Source: an uncultured Zetaproteobacteria bacterium (lineage in GTDB: Bacteria; Pseudomonadota; Zetaproteobacteria; Mariprofundales; Mariprofundaceae). Taken from it: 61,226 nucleotides of DNA. Shown here piece by piece: positions 28,372 to 37,849 of this stretch; position 1 is the first letter of the stretch, and every line of letters begins with the position of its first letter. The position numbers were made by a program, and so were the translations under genes. Where the stretch lies: contig CAMZLG010000043.1 in assembly GCA_947311495.1 (NCBI GenBank), positions 1 to 61,226 of the forward strand, read 5' to 3'. A model generated the notes under the pieces. The model was not told the origin of the DNA and did no database searches. It saw only the letters and a list, made by a program, of their open reading frames with translations.

Positions 28372-28584
28372 TTACTTCAACATAGATTCAAACAAAGGCA
28401 AATCTTCGGCAACATTATGCCCTGTTCGTTTGGATTCACGATTAGCTGCCGCAATTTCAGAAAGCGGAACTTCAGCATAAGGTTTGCATGTTTTTCGCTT
28501 TTTACAGGTACACGCCACACATGCCACAAGCTCAATTTTAAAGCCATGTGTGCTACTTTTGCGTGTACACCAAAGTGATTTCAT
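28372..28584 (-). CDS. Small Cys-rich hypothetical protein
   Basis: WC...CVACTC.....C; fills the intergenic space. Confidence 0.55.
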   Translation of the reverse strand: MKSLWCTRKSSTHGFKIELVACVACTCKKRKTCKPYAEVPLSEIAAANRESKRTGHNVAEDLPLFESMLK

Positions 28585-28661
28585 GGGCAAAGCCTATAAT
28601 CAATAACACACAGAAACCATGAATGATTTGAGCATCCAGCGAAAATAACTACACTCCCCCA

Positions 28662-29843
28662 ATGAATATCCAAGAAGCCAATCAATATTTAACCCCCAAT
28701 TATGCGCGGTTCCCCATCACCCTTGTTAAAGGGCAAGGTGCTCGCGTTTGGGATGATTCGGGCAAATCCTATATTGATTTTGTATCTGGTATTGCGGTTA
28801 ATGCCTTGGGTCATGCCCATCCAGCAATTGTAAAAACGATAAGCGAGCAAGCCGCCACCATGCTGCATTGCTCCAACCTTTATTATAATCCGCAGCAAAA
28901 TGAGCTGGCTAAAAAATTGGTCTCTCTTTCAGGTTTGGATAAAGCTTTCTTTTGCAATTCAGGTGCAGAAGCCAATGAAGCGGCGATCAAACTGGCTCGC
29001 AAATATTTCCACGACCAAGGCGTGAACAAATTCGGCATCATCACTGCCACCCAATCCTTTCACGGCAGAACCATGCAAACCATTGCCGCCACAGGTCAAG
29101 ACAAGGTCAAAGCTGGATTCGCACCGCTTCCCCAAGGGTTTAGCCATGTACCACTGAATGATTTGGATGCACTTGAGGCTGCGATTAGTGACACAACTGC
29201 GGCAATCATGCTTGAACCTTTACAAGGTGAAGGTGGGGTCAACCTTGCGGCTATTGAATACTTGGAAGCGGTCAGAGCATTGTGCGAAACCAAAGGTGTT
29301 TTATTGATATTTGATGAAATCCAAACGGGTATTGGCAGATGCGGCAGCATGTTTGCTTTTGAGAAAGCAGGTGTAAAACCCGACATCTTAACCCTTGCTA
29401 AAGGTTTGGGTGGTGGTATTCCGATTGGAACTATGCTTGCCTCGGAAAAAGTTGGTGCGTCGCTCAGCGCTGGTTCACACGGCACAACCTTTGGCGGCAA
29501 CCCACTTTCATGTGCGGTGGCACTCACTGTACTTGATGTCATCGAGCAAGAAGGCTTGCTTGCCAATGTGTTAGCCAGAAGCACACAAATCAAATTGGCT
29601 TTGCGAACATTGGTGGATGAACATGACTGTTTTACTGCAGTCAAAGGTGATGGTTTATTGCTTGGTTTACAAGCCAATATCGAAGTCGCCCCCATCATCG
29701 GCGCATGTTTAGATAACGGGTTAATGGTGCTTGGCGCAGGGCCTAAAGTCTTGCGTCTATTACCTGCATTAAACATCAATGAAAAAGATACCACTGAAGG
29801 TTTAGCCATTCTAAGCCAAAGCATCAAAGGATTGGACTTATGA
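28662..29843 (+). CDS. argD: Acetylornithine aminotransferase
   Basis: NSGAEANEAA, FHGRT, DEIQTG, AKGLGGG, HGTTFGGNP; next to argF. Confidence 0.93.
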   Translation: MNIQEANQYLTPNYARFPITLVKGQGARVWDDSGKSYIDFVSGIAVNALGHAHPAIVKTISEQAATMLHCSNLYYNPQQNELAKKLVSLSGLDKAFFCNSGAEANEAAIKLARKYFHDQGVNKFGIITATQSFHGRTMQTIAATGQDKVKAGFAPLPQGFSHVPLNDLDALEAAISDTTAAIMLEPLQGEGGVNLAAIEYLEAVRALCETKGVLLIFDEIQTGIGRCGSMFAFEKAGVKPDILTLAKGLGGGIPIGTMLASEKVGASLSAGSHGTTFGGNPLSCAVALTVLDVIEQEGLLANVLARSTQIKLALRTLVDEHDCFTAVKGDGLLLGLQANIEVAPIIGACLDNGLMVLGAGPKVLRLLPALNINEKDTTEGLAILSQSIKGLDL

Positions 29844-30763
29844 ACAACCCAAGACATTTTTTAACATTATTGGATATTAACCCCGAAGAAGGTGCAAGCA
29901 TCATTGCGCGTGGCATCAGCCTTAAAGCCAAACAAAAAAATGGTGAAGCTCATCGCAGCCTTGAAGGCAAAGCCATGGCGATGATTTTTGAAAAAGCATC
30001 CACCCGCACCCGCGTTTCTTTTGAAACAGGCATGTTTCAGCTTGGCGGTCATGCCTTGTTTCTACACTCTGAAACCACGCAACTGGGCAGAGGTGAGCCT
30101 GTATCCGATTCGGCTAAAGTCATTTCCAGTATGGTGGACATCATTATGATTCGCACCTTTGACCATGCCATGGTCGAACAGTTTGCGGCGAACTCATCTG
30201 TGCCTGTGATTAATGCGCTTACCGATTTAACCCACCCCTGCCAAATTTTGGCAGATGTGATGACATTTGTAGAGCATCGCGGCTCAATTCAAGGCAAAAC
30301 CGTGGCTTGGATTGGTGATGGCAACAATATGACACACTCATGGATCAATGGTGCAGTGACTTTTGGTTTCACCCTCAATATCGCCACGCCTAAAGATTAC
30401 ACTGTGGATGACAAAGTTTTGAAACACGCTTTATCGCTGGGTGCAAACATCAATATCTGCAACACGCCAGAAGAAGCCGCAAGCGGCGCAGACTTGGTGA
30501 CAACTGATGTCTGGGCATCTATGGGGCAAGAAGAAGAACAGAACATCCGTGAAGCCGCATTCAAAGACTATCAAGTCGATAATACATTGATGTCATCAGC
30601 CAAGCCTAATGCTTTGTTTATGCACTGCCTTCCTGCGCATCGAGGCGAAGAAGTCGCCGCTGATGTGATTGATGGTCAACAATCGGTGGTGTGGGATGAA
30701 GCAGAGAATCGACTTCATGCGCAAAAGGCATTAGTAGAGTTTTTGATGGGTCTGGCTATTTAA
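29840..30763 (+). CDS. argF: Ornithine carbamoyltransferase
   Basis: STRTR, HPCQ, HCLP. Confidence 0.96.
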   Translation: MNNPRHFLTLLDINPEEGASIIARGISLKAKQKNGEAHRSLEGKAMAMIFEKASTRTRVSFETGMFQLGGHALFLHSETTQLGRGEPVSDSAKVISSMVDIIMIRTFDHAMVEQFAANSSVPVINALTDLTHPCQILADVMTFVEHRGSIQGKTVAWIGDGNNMTHSWINGAVTFGFTLNIATPKDYTVDDKVLKHALSLGANINICNTPEEAASGADLVTTDVWASMGQEEEQNIREAAFKDYQVDNTLMSSAKPNALFMHCLPAHRGEEVAADVIDGQQSVVWDEAENRLHAQKALVEFLMGLAI

Positions 30764-30766
30764 CTT

Positions 30767-31034
30767 AACCACAGATGCACGCAGATAAACGCAGAGCTTT
30801 TATAGTCATCATTCCCTTTGTTAAGCTGCGGCTGAGTCTTGCTGTTGAATAAGGGATAAGCGAAAAGACTTTTCGCCCCGCGTGGGTAGCATAGAGAAGG
30901 AGATAAGCAGCTTGTAAAGGGCGACTTTTTTGCTTCGTTTTTTGTTCGCACAAAAAATGAAGAAGGTATAGCGCATATAGCAATGGTTTCCGCATCAAAG
31001 CCTGTCCTCAACTTGATTGGGGATGCGGAATGAC
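30767..31034. repeat. Composite palindromic intergenic element (REP/RPE/MITE-like modules)
   Basis: 9-nt tandem CAGA units at 30767-30795; hairpins at 30860-30876 and 30933-30962; nested hairpin at 30988-31034. Confidence 0.65.
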
Positions 31035-31037
31035 GAA

Positions 31038-32165
31038 CTAGGTTAACTTAATCACCGTAATCTCTGGTTCATTACCTAACCTTATCGGTGGTCCCCAGTA
31101 GCCCGTACCCGGTGAGACATAAATCCAAGTTTTATCCTCATGCAAGTGCAAACCTTTGATATAAGGGTTTGCCATTTTAGCGATAAAGTTCCACGGATAA
31201 TACTGCCCACCATGCGTATGCCCTGAAATCTGTAAATCAAAGCCCGCTTCGGTTGCTTCAAAGATACTTTTCGGCTGATGCGCCAACAAGATTTTCACAT
31301 CTGCATCTGGCGCACCTTGCATTGCTTTCTTGGGACTGGATTGATGGCTTGAAATATATTGATGTGCACGATAATCAGTGACCCCCGCCATCAGCAACTT
31401 CGCACCATTCACTTCAATCAGTTCATGCTCATTAAGCAGAACAGTAAAGCCAAGCCGCCGCACTTCTTCAATCCAATCTTCTGCCCCTGAATAGTATTCA
31501 TGGTTACCTGTGATAAAATATTTGCCGTGTTTGGCTTTTAGATTCTCCAGTGGTGCAACATCATGTTGAAGGCTTTCAACCGAACCATCCACCAAATCAC
31601 CTGTCATCACAATGATGTCGGCATCCAAAGCATTCATTTGCTGCACCAGTGTTTCCACATAGCCCTTTTTAATCATAGGACCAATGTGTAAGTCGGTGAA
31701 CTGGACGATTTTTAGCTTTTGTAAGGGTGACGGCACATTGCCCAACGGCACTTGTACCTGTTTAACGATTGCACCACCCACTGCCTGCTCAAAACCAATG
31801 CCTGTGGTCATGCCCACGCCACCAAGTACGCCTAAACTTACAGTGGATGTCATAAACTGCCGACGTTCAGCGCTTGGTTTTATTTTTTGGGTAAGTGCAT
31901 GAAATATATCAATCAGCATGTATGCAATAAATAATAGCGAGAAGAATCCCATGTTGAGATACACAAACCATGCCAACATATCCGTAGTATCATTGATGAT
32001 GCCAAACAGGCGCAAAGCCATAGCCAGCGTGGACAGCAGCCAAACCACAAACAAATAACCCCAAACAAGCCTTCTGATGGTTAAGGTGGGTAAATGCACA
32101 CGCCAACCCACATAAAATGACATCAAGGCGGAAATCAGTGAAGCAATCAACATAAACCAAATCAT
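31038..32165 (-). CDS. Membrane-anchored metallophosphoesterase (YkuE/YaeI-like)
   Basis: DLH, GDLVDG, GNHE, GHTHGGQ; N-terminal TMs. Confidence 0.9.
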   Translation of the reverse strand: MIWFMLIASLISALMSFYVGWRVHLPTLTIRRLVWGYLFVVWLLSTLAMALRLFGIINDTTDMLAWFVYLNMGFFSLLFIAYMLIDIFHALTQKIKPSAERRQFMTSTVSLGVLGGVGMTTGIGFEQAVGGAIVKQVQVPLGNVPSPLQKLKIVQFTDLHIGPMIKKGYVETLVQQMNALDADIIVMTGDLVDGSVESLQHDVAPLENLKAKHGKYFITGNHEYYSGAEDWIEEVRRLGFTVLLNEHELIEVNGAKLLMAGVTDYRAHQYISSHQSSPKKAMQGAPDADVKILLAHQPKSIFEATEAGFDLQISGHTHGGQYYPWNFIAKMANPYIKGLHLHEDKTWIYVSPGTGYWGPPIRLGNEPEITVIKLT

Positions 32166-32242
32166 GGTGTGAGCGTAACCCGCCAAGTGTGAATATAAGC
32201 TTAAACCTTGCAGAGATAAGTTTAGAAGCTCAGCATTTGCCT

Positions 32243-32638
32243 ATGAAGCAACTGCTCAAAAAACATATCTTGGTTGTCCTCGGCTGGTTTTTTGTGCTAT
32301 TGGGTTTGATTGGTGTGGTGTTACCCGTGTTGCCTACCACACCTTTTATGATTGTTGCGGCTGCCCTCTTTGCCAAAAGCTCACCTCGCTTTCACCAAAT
32401 GCTTTTAAACAATCGCTGGTTTGGTGCTGTACTGCGTGACTGGGAGGAGCGCGGCGTGGTTAACCGCCGCATCAAAGTTCGCGCTACGGCTCTGATTGCA
32501 CTCACCTTTTCCATTTCAATCGCCATATTATACCAACACCTTGGCTTGCAACTCATTCTGCTTAGTATCGCACTCATTCTGCTGTTCTTTTTATGGCGGC
32601 TAAAGGAAGACGACAAGGACAACATCAATCCAACATGA
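32243..32638 (+). CDS. YbaN (DUF454) family inner-membrane protein
   Basis: LPVLPTTPF, SSPRFH motifs. Confidence 0.88.
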   Translation: MKQLLKKHILVVLGWFFVLLGLIGVVLPVLPTTPFMIVAAALFAKSSPRFHQMLLNNRWFGAVLRDWEERGVVNRRIKVRATALIALTFSISIAILYQHLGLQLILLSIALILLFFLWRLKEDDKDNINPT

Positions 32639-33240
32639 GCATACAAAAGAATATCGCCCAGCATATCGCCCAGCAAGGCTATTGCATTGTGGATGACGCC
32701 CTGCCTGCTGATATTTCTGAATCACTACACCAGTATGTCACCGCTTTGCCTGAACATGTTTTCAAAGATATGGGTATTGGCAGAGGTGATTCATTTCGTT
32801 TGGATAAAAGCTATCGCCGTGATAAATCATGTTGGTTAACTGGTGAACATCCTGCAGAACAAGCTTATTTGGCATGGATGGAAGATTTGCGTTTGGAAGT
32901 GAACAAGCAGTTGTTCATGGGTTTGTTTGATTATGAAGCACACTTTGCTCACTACGCGCCCAAAAGCTTCTACAAGCGGCACTTGGATACCTTTAAAGGA
33001 CAAGCCAACCGCAACAATAGGCAACTGACCACGGTTTATTATCTTAACCCCAATTGGCAGGCTGAAGATGGTGGTGAGCTATTGATGTATGCGGACGAAA
33101 AAAGCACAGAAGCATTCAAGCGCATTACACCTAAAATGAACCGTTTGGTTGTCTTTCTTAGTGATGAGTTTCCGCATGAAGTATTGGCTGCCAATAGGGA
33201 TAGATACAGTATTGCGGGTTGGTTTAGACTTAAAGCTTAA
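32635..33240 (+). CDS. 2OG-Fe(II) oxygenase (prolyl-hydroxylase/SM-20-like)
   Basis: HLD...H..R.SIAGWF. Confidence 0.88.
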   Translation: MSIQKNIAQHIAQQGYCIVDDALPADISESLHQYVTALPEHVFKDMGIGRGDSFRLDKSYRRDKSCWLTGEHPAEQAYLAWMEDLRLEVNKQLFMGLFDYEAHFAHYAPKSFYKRHLDTFKGQANRNNRQLTTVYYLNPNWQAEDGGELLMYADEKSTEAFKRITPKMNRLVVFLSDEFPHEVLAANRDRYSIAGWFRLKA

Positions 33241-33245
33241 TCCGC

Positions 33246-33917
33246 TTATTTCAAACTTGGATACTCTTTTAAAATATCTTCAAACCTATCAAACACCAAA
33301 CTTGCGCCATGGGCTTTTAAGGTATGTGCAGGCTCAACTCCAAACGATACACCAAACGAGCGCACACCCGCAGCTTTTGCCATTTGAATATCAAAGCGTG
33401 AATCGCCAATCACCGAGGTGTTGGCTGCAAGTGTACCCATCTCAGCCATACATTCATTCACCATAGCAGGATGCGGCTTGGACAAACAAATATCAGCAGT
33501 GCGCCAGACTGGAAAAAACTGATGCAAGTCAAACACATCCATGACGCGTAGCAAACCACGGCTAGATTTACCCGTGACCACACCCATCACATAACCTCGG
33601 TTATCCAGTTCTTCCAAGGTTTCAATCACGTGGGGATACAAGGCAAGCGAAGATTCCATAGCACGATAATTGCTGCCATACGATTCACAAAGCTTGGTTT
33701 TCAACGCTTCATCCAAATCATCATGCGCCAGTTGTTCTATCGCGCCCATCAACGATAAACCAATAATACCAAGCACATCTTGGTAGTTTGGTTCATCCAA
33801 ACCATTGTCTGTAAATGCTTTTTGCATGGCAAGCGCAATCGAACCGTGTGAGTCGGTCAATGTGCCATCGCAATCAAATAAAATAAGTTGTAAGGGTTGA
33901 TTATTCAGTGGATACAT
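33246..33917 (-). CDS. HAD-superfamily hydrolase (phosphoglycolate phosphatase-like)
   Basis: FDCDGTL, SKPHP, IGDS. Confidence 0.88.
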   Translation of the reverse strand: MYPLNNQPLQLILFDCDGTLTDSHGSIALAMQKAFTDNGLDEPNYQDVLGIIGLSLMGAIEQLAHDDLDEALKTKLCESYGSNYRAMESSLALYPHVIETLEELDNRGYVMGVVTGKSSRGLLRVMDVFDLHQFFPVWRTADICLSKPHPAMVNECMAEMGTLAANTSVIGDSRFDIQMAKAAGVRSFGVSFGVEPAHTLKAHGASLVFDRFEDILKEYPSLK

Positions 33918-34434
33918 CCTTTGTTTCAGTGGGCGAAAGCCATGCAGATGGGGTTCGTTTAATCTGCCATGTCAGCACTTTACCCACAGTCATCACCAGC
34001 TTTTCATCCGCCAAACGAATATAGGTGCTGGTCAAATCCGTTGCAGGTTTACCGATAAACACATCCAACAATACCTTGCCCTGCTTATCTTGAAGTACGA
34101 CTTCTTGGTCAGCGACTGAAAAGCGCAAAAACTGGTCAGTCTTTTTGCTGGCAACGCGTTTGACCTTCATGCTTTGCAAATCATGCAACAGTTGCTCAAC
34201 AGCTAAAGCGTTGAGATAGGTCGGTGTATCACTGTCTACCAGCAACCATTTATCCCCTTCGCGCTTGGCTTCAAGGTTAGGTTTATCTTTAAGGCGCAGA
34301 CTAAAGCTTGCCACATCCTCTAAAGCAAACTTGGGTAGCTCAGGCAATATCTGAGATGTATCTTGAGGCGCATTTTGAGTGACAATCATGGCAACCAGAA
34401 AGAATGTGATGATAACGGCAATCAATTCTTTCAT
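33901..34434 (-). CDS. DUF4340-like protein
   Basis: N-terminal TM; follows a GldG-like gene. Confidence 0.65.
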   Translation of the reverse strand: MKELIAVIITFFLVAMIVTQNAPQDTSQILPELPKFALEDVASFSLRLKDKPNLEAKREGDKWLLVDSDTPTYLNALAVEQLLHDLQSMKVKRVASKKTDQFLRFSVADQEVVLQDKQGKVLLDVFIGKPATDLTSTYIRLADEKLVMTVGKVLTWQIKRTPSAWLSPTETKDVSTE

Positions 34435-36005
34435 GTGTGTGTTTCCCACACTTTATTTCTACGTTTGCGAAGTGCCAACCAACGCCAGCCTGCCAACACC
34501 AATAACAACGCAGGCAAAGCAAATACCCACACCACCTTGAAGAAGGTTCGCCCTTGTTTTGCCAACGGCTCGAGTGGACGCTGTGTCACCCCTTTGGATC
34601 GCAGCTCAATCAAGGCTTCATCATGACTCAACCAATCCAACATATTCAAAATTAATACGGTGTTTGCTCCATCAATAAATTCATTGTCCAACAGCGCGCT
34701 AGAACCCGACACAATCAACCGCCCGTTGCTTGTGCTGTTGATATGTTCTGCGCCTGTAGTATCCGACTTGCTAGCATCAAATGCAGATGTCATTTTACCT
34801 TCTTGCACCAACATCAGCATTTGTGGTGACTGCTGCAAACCTTGGAAACGTTCACGCATGGATAACAATGGATTCACATCAAATGGCGGGCCAGATTGTA
34901 CTGCCGTCCACTCAGATGATGTGAGCAATATACCTCGCCCATCGCCTTCATTCTGCCACAACAATGGTGCTGAAAATGGCATACTTAATGCCTCCAAATC
35001 TTGGCTGACCACATGTTGATGGTTGATGTTCACCACATTGGGGATAAACGGGAAATCCACCACCGAGCGAAAAGAAAATCCACCCTGCTGCTGATTGACT
35101 GTGATACGACTGGCTTGTTGATCCATGACTAAACCTGGCTCTACGGACACACCCAAGTCGCTCAACAACCAATCATTGGCATAACTATCCACTGGCTGCA
35201 TCACAAAACCTGCTTGCAACATCGGCTCAGCATTGGATGCAAGCACAAACACCCCGCCACCTGTCATGCGGAATTGGTCGAGATGATAACGGAAGGATGA
35301 GGAAGGTTTTTTATCCACACCCGCCACAATCAAAGCTTTAACATACTCAGGCACTTCTTCCGTAGTTAAGTCCACATCCATCACATCATAATCATCGTGT
35401 AAAAGCTGCTGCAATGTTTGCAATTCAGCCACGCCTTTCGCACCAAAACCTGTGGCAAGAGCAATGGTTTGTTTGCCTTTGCCTGTGAGTTTCTTGATTT
35501 TTCGGGTGAGCAAATATTCAAACCCTGCATCGGTTTGCACCACAGGTATGGTTTCTTGTTTATCCAAATATTCAATGACAATGGCTAAGTATGCTTGGCG
35601 CACTTGCGCCCTATCTTCTTCAATGACTTGCACCTGAACTTTAGGAATTTGCAAAGCCTGCAACGATGCTTGCACATTCACATCATCTTCAGGGTTAATC
35701 ATTTCAAAGCCAAGGTTGCCTTGGGCTGCATCGCGGTAGCTCATCAACTTATCTTCAACAAATTGTCTAAGCTGCCCATAAGGTTGCGGCAACCCTGATG
35801 TGAAATAAGCTTTGATTTGAATCGGCTCATCCAAAGCTGCAAGCACTTGTTGGGTGGATGTCGACAAGCTTGATGTTTGGTTGTCGCTCCAATCGCTACG
35901 GATATGAGAGCCTTGCGCAACGGCAAAAAGCAACACACTGATAAGCAACACAAAGGATAAGCTTAGCCATGCTTTACGGCGGATTTGATGACGCATATCA
36001 GCCAT
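34431..36005 (-). CDS. GldG-like ABC auxiliary component
   Basis: N- and C-terminal TMs, SLSTSTQQVL, NMLDWL. Confidence 0.8.
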   Translation of the reverse strand: MADMRHQIRRKAWLSLSFVLLISVLLFAVAQGSHIRSDWSDNQTSSLSTSTQQVLAALDEPIQIKAYFTSGLPQPYGQLRQFVEDKLMSYRDAAQGNLGFEMINPEDDVNVQASLQALQIPKVQVQVIEEDRAQVRQAYLAIVIEYLDKQETIPVVQTDAGFEYLLTRKIKKLTGKGKQTIALATGFGAKGVAELQTLQQLLHDDYDVMDVDLTTEEVPEYVKALIVAGVDKKPSSSFRYHLDQFRMTGGGVFVLASNAEPMLQAGFVMQPVDSYANDWLLSDLGVSVEPGLVMDQQASRITVNQQQGGFSFRSVVDFPFIPNVVNINHQHVVSQDLEALSMPFSAPLLWQNEGDGRGILLTSSEWTAVQSGPPFDVNPLLSMRERFQGLQQSPQMLMLVQEGKMTSAFDASKSDTTGAEHINSTSNGRLIVSGSSALLDNEFIDGANTVLILNMLDWLSHDEALIELRSKGVTQRPLEPLAKQGRTFFKVVWVFALPALLLVLAGWRWLALRKRRNKVWETHT

Positions 36006-36008
36006 AAC

Positions 36009-36719
36009 TTACCTCCACCGCCTGCGCTCAAGCGCAAACCATGTAAGACTCAAAAATATCACAGTTAAACTGATAAACAACATCACATCTGCCAGCGAAA
36101 CCACACCCCTAAGCATGTGTTGGTAATGATTGATCGGACCAAGCAATGCAATCCAGTCTTGCAGCACAATCGGTAAGGTTGGCGAAGCTTGGGTTATCAA
36201 AAATATGACCAACAACAAAATCAAACCCACAATGTAAGCAATCATGGCGTGTTGGGTTAATGAAGATGCATACAAACACATGGCAGAAAACAATGCCGCA
36301 AGCAGCCATGCCGCCAAATAAGATGAGAACACTATGCCCATATCAAGATTGCCCAACAGCGACAAAGTGAGCGGGTACAACCAAGTTAAAGCCAATAAAA
36401 AAGTAATATGTCCAAGCAAACTCACATATTTACCCAACACAATGTCTATGGTTCGCGTAGGCATGGTGGCTAATAATTCATAGGTTCCATCATGTAATTC
36501 ATCGGCAAGTAAACGCATGGACATGGCAGGGATAAAAAAGATGTATAATAGCGGTAATACAGCAAACCAGTGCCGCATATCGGCTTGCCCATTTAAGAAT
36601 AAACTGCTGCCGAAAAAGAAACCTGATGCCAACAAAAAGGCAATGGACACCACATAACCTTGCGGCGTATCCAAGCTGATTCGCCATTCTTTTTGGCAAA
36701 GGGCGATGATGGCACTCAT
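36009..36719 (-). CDS. ABC permease, GldF-like
   Basis: MRLLADE..GTYELLATMP..IVLGKY. Confidence 0.85.
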   Translation of the reverse strand: MSAIIALCQKEWRISLDTPQGYVVSIAFLLASGFFFGSSLFLNGQADMRHWFAVLPLLYIFFIPAMSMRLLADELHDGTYELLATMPTRTIDIVLGKYVSLLGHITFLLALTWLYPLTLSLLGNLDMGIVFSSYLAAWLLAALFSAMCLYASSLTQHAMIAYIVGLILLLVIFLITQASPTLPIVLQDWIALLGPINHYQHMLRGVVSLADVMLFISLTVIFLSLTWFALERRRWR

Positions 36720-37654
36720 GCTTTTCCTCCTGTAAGTTGGCGGAATATATCTTCCAAAGATGTTTGTTCGCGCTGCATTTCCAACAACACCGCTTCTTTG
36801 GCAACCACGGCTAAAAACAGTTGCTCGGCGAGGTTGCAATCGGGGTCAGGATGATAAATCTCAAGCGTGGTTAAACCAGCCTCTTGGGGTTTTTGCTGGA
36901 TAACCTCCACATCTGACAACTCGGCTTTTAAGTGCGTGAGCACCTTAGCCACATCACCTTTGATGCTGGCAAGCACAGTGATGCCACCTTGCGCTTGTTT
37001 AGCAAGCTCTTGCGCAGTGCCCAAGGCTTGCAGTTTGCCTTGGTCAATAATCATCATGCGGTCACATACGGCTTCCACTTCAGGCAAGATATGTGAGGAC
37101 AAAAGCACCGTTTTCTGCTCACCCAAGCGGCGAATCAAATGCCTAATCTCAATGATTTGGTTGGGGTCGAGACCAGTCGTAGGTTCATCCAAGATGAGAC
37201 ATTGCGGGTCGTGCAACATGGATGCTGCAAGCCCTACACGCTGACGATAACCTTTGGATAATTCTTCAATACGGCGAAACATCACCTGCTCCAAGCCGCA
37301 AGCACTTGCCATTTCACGAATTTTATCGTGAAGCGTGGCTTTAGGGATGCCATGCACTTTACCTGTGAATTGCAAATAAGCTTCCACATCCAAATCATGA
37401 TAAGACGGCGCATGTTCAGGAAGATAACCCACCAAACGCCGCACCTTCATTGCATCTGCCAAACTCAAACCATCAATCCGTGCATCACCCGAAGAAGGGG
37501 GAAGAAAACAAGTGAGCATTTTCATGGTGGTCGATTTACCAGCACCATTAGGGCCAAGCAGCCCCATGACTTCGCCACGTTTGACCGCAAAGCTTAAATC
37601 ATTCACGGCGAACTGTTCACCGTATAAACGTGTTAAGTGTTCAGCTTTAATCAT
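36716..37654 (-). CDS. ABC ATP-binding protein, GldA-like
   Basis: GPNGAGKST, LSKGYRQR, LILDEPT. Confidence 0.92.
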   Translation of the reverse strand: MIKAEHLTRLYGEQFAVNDLSFAVKRGEVMGLLGPNGAGKSTTMKMLTCFLPPSSGDARIDGLSLADAMKVRRLVGYLPEHAPSYHDLDVEAYLQFTGKVHGIPKATLHDKIREMASACGLEQVMFRRIEELSKGYRQRVGLAASMLHDPQCLILDEPTTGLDPNQIIEIRHLIRRLGEQKTVLLSSHILPEVEAVCDRMMIIDQGKLQALGTAQELAKQAQGGITVLASIKGDVAKVLTHLKAELSDVEVIQQKPQEAGLTTLEIYHPDPDCNLAEQLFLAVVAKEAVLLEMQREQTSLEDIFRQLTGGKA

Positions 37655-37849
37655 AGGAAAAATGTATGGGCTCCAAAATCAAGATTCAAGAGGTGAATTC
37701 ACACCCAATAAAATAAACTCCAACAACTCTATTTTTGTTCGAACCAAGGCAAAAAGGAAAGGTAAGCCACAGTTTGCTTATTGCAAATGAGGATTAAACT
37801 TTTCTTTTAAACGACAGCTGTGCCAAAAAAGTAAAAAGCTGAATCAGTT

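Noticed and set aside
29096-29857. 253-aa antisense ORF
   Set aside because: Shadow of argD. The same applies to the many antisense ORFs over the pdh and dcw genes.
30760-31011. 83-aa and 77-aa ORFs in the argF intergenic region
   Set aside because: They translate palindromic repeat DNA and I see no convincing RBS.
32651-32675. 12-bp tandem repeat ATATCGCCCAGC x2
   Set aside because: An in-frame two-copy microduplication with no further structure.
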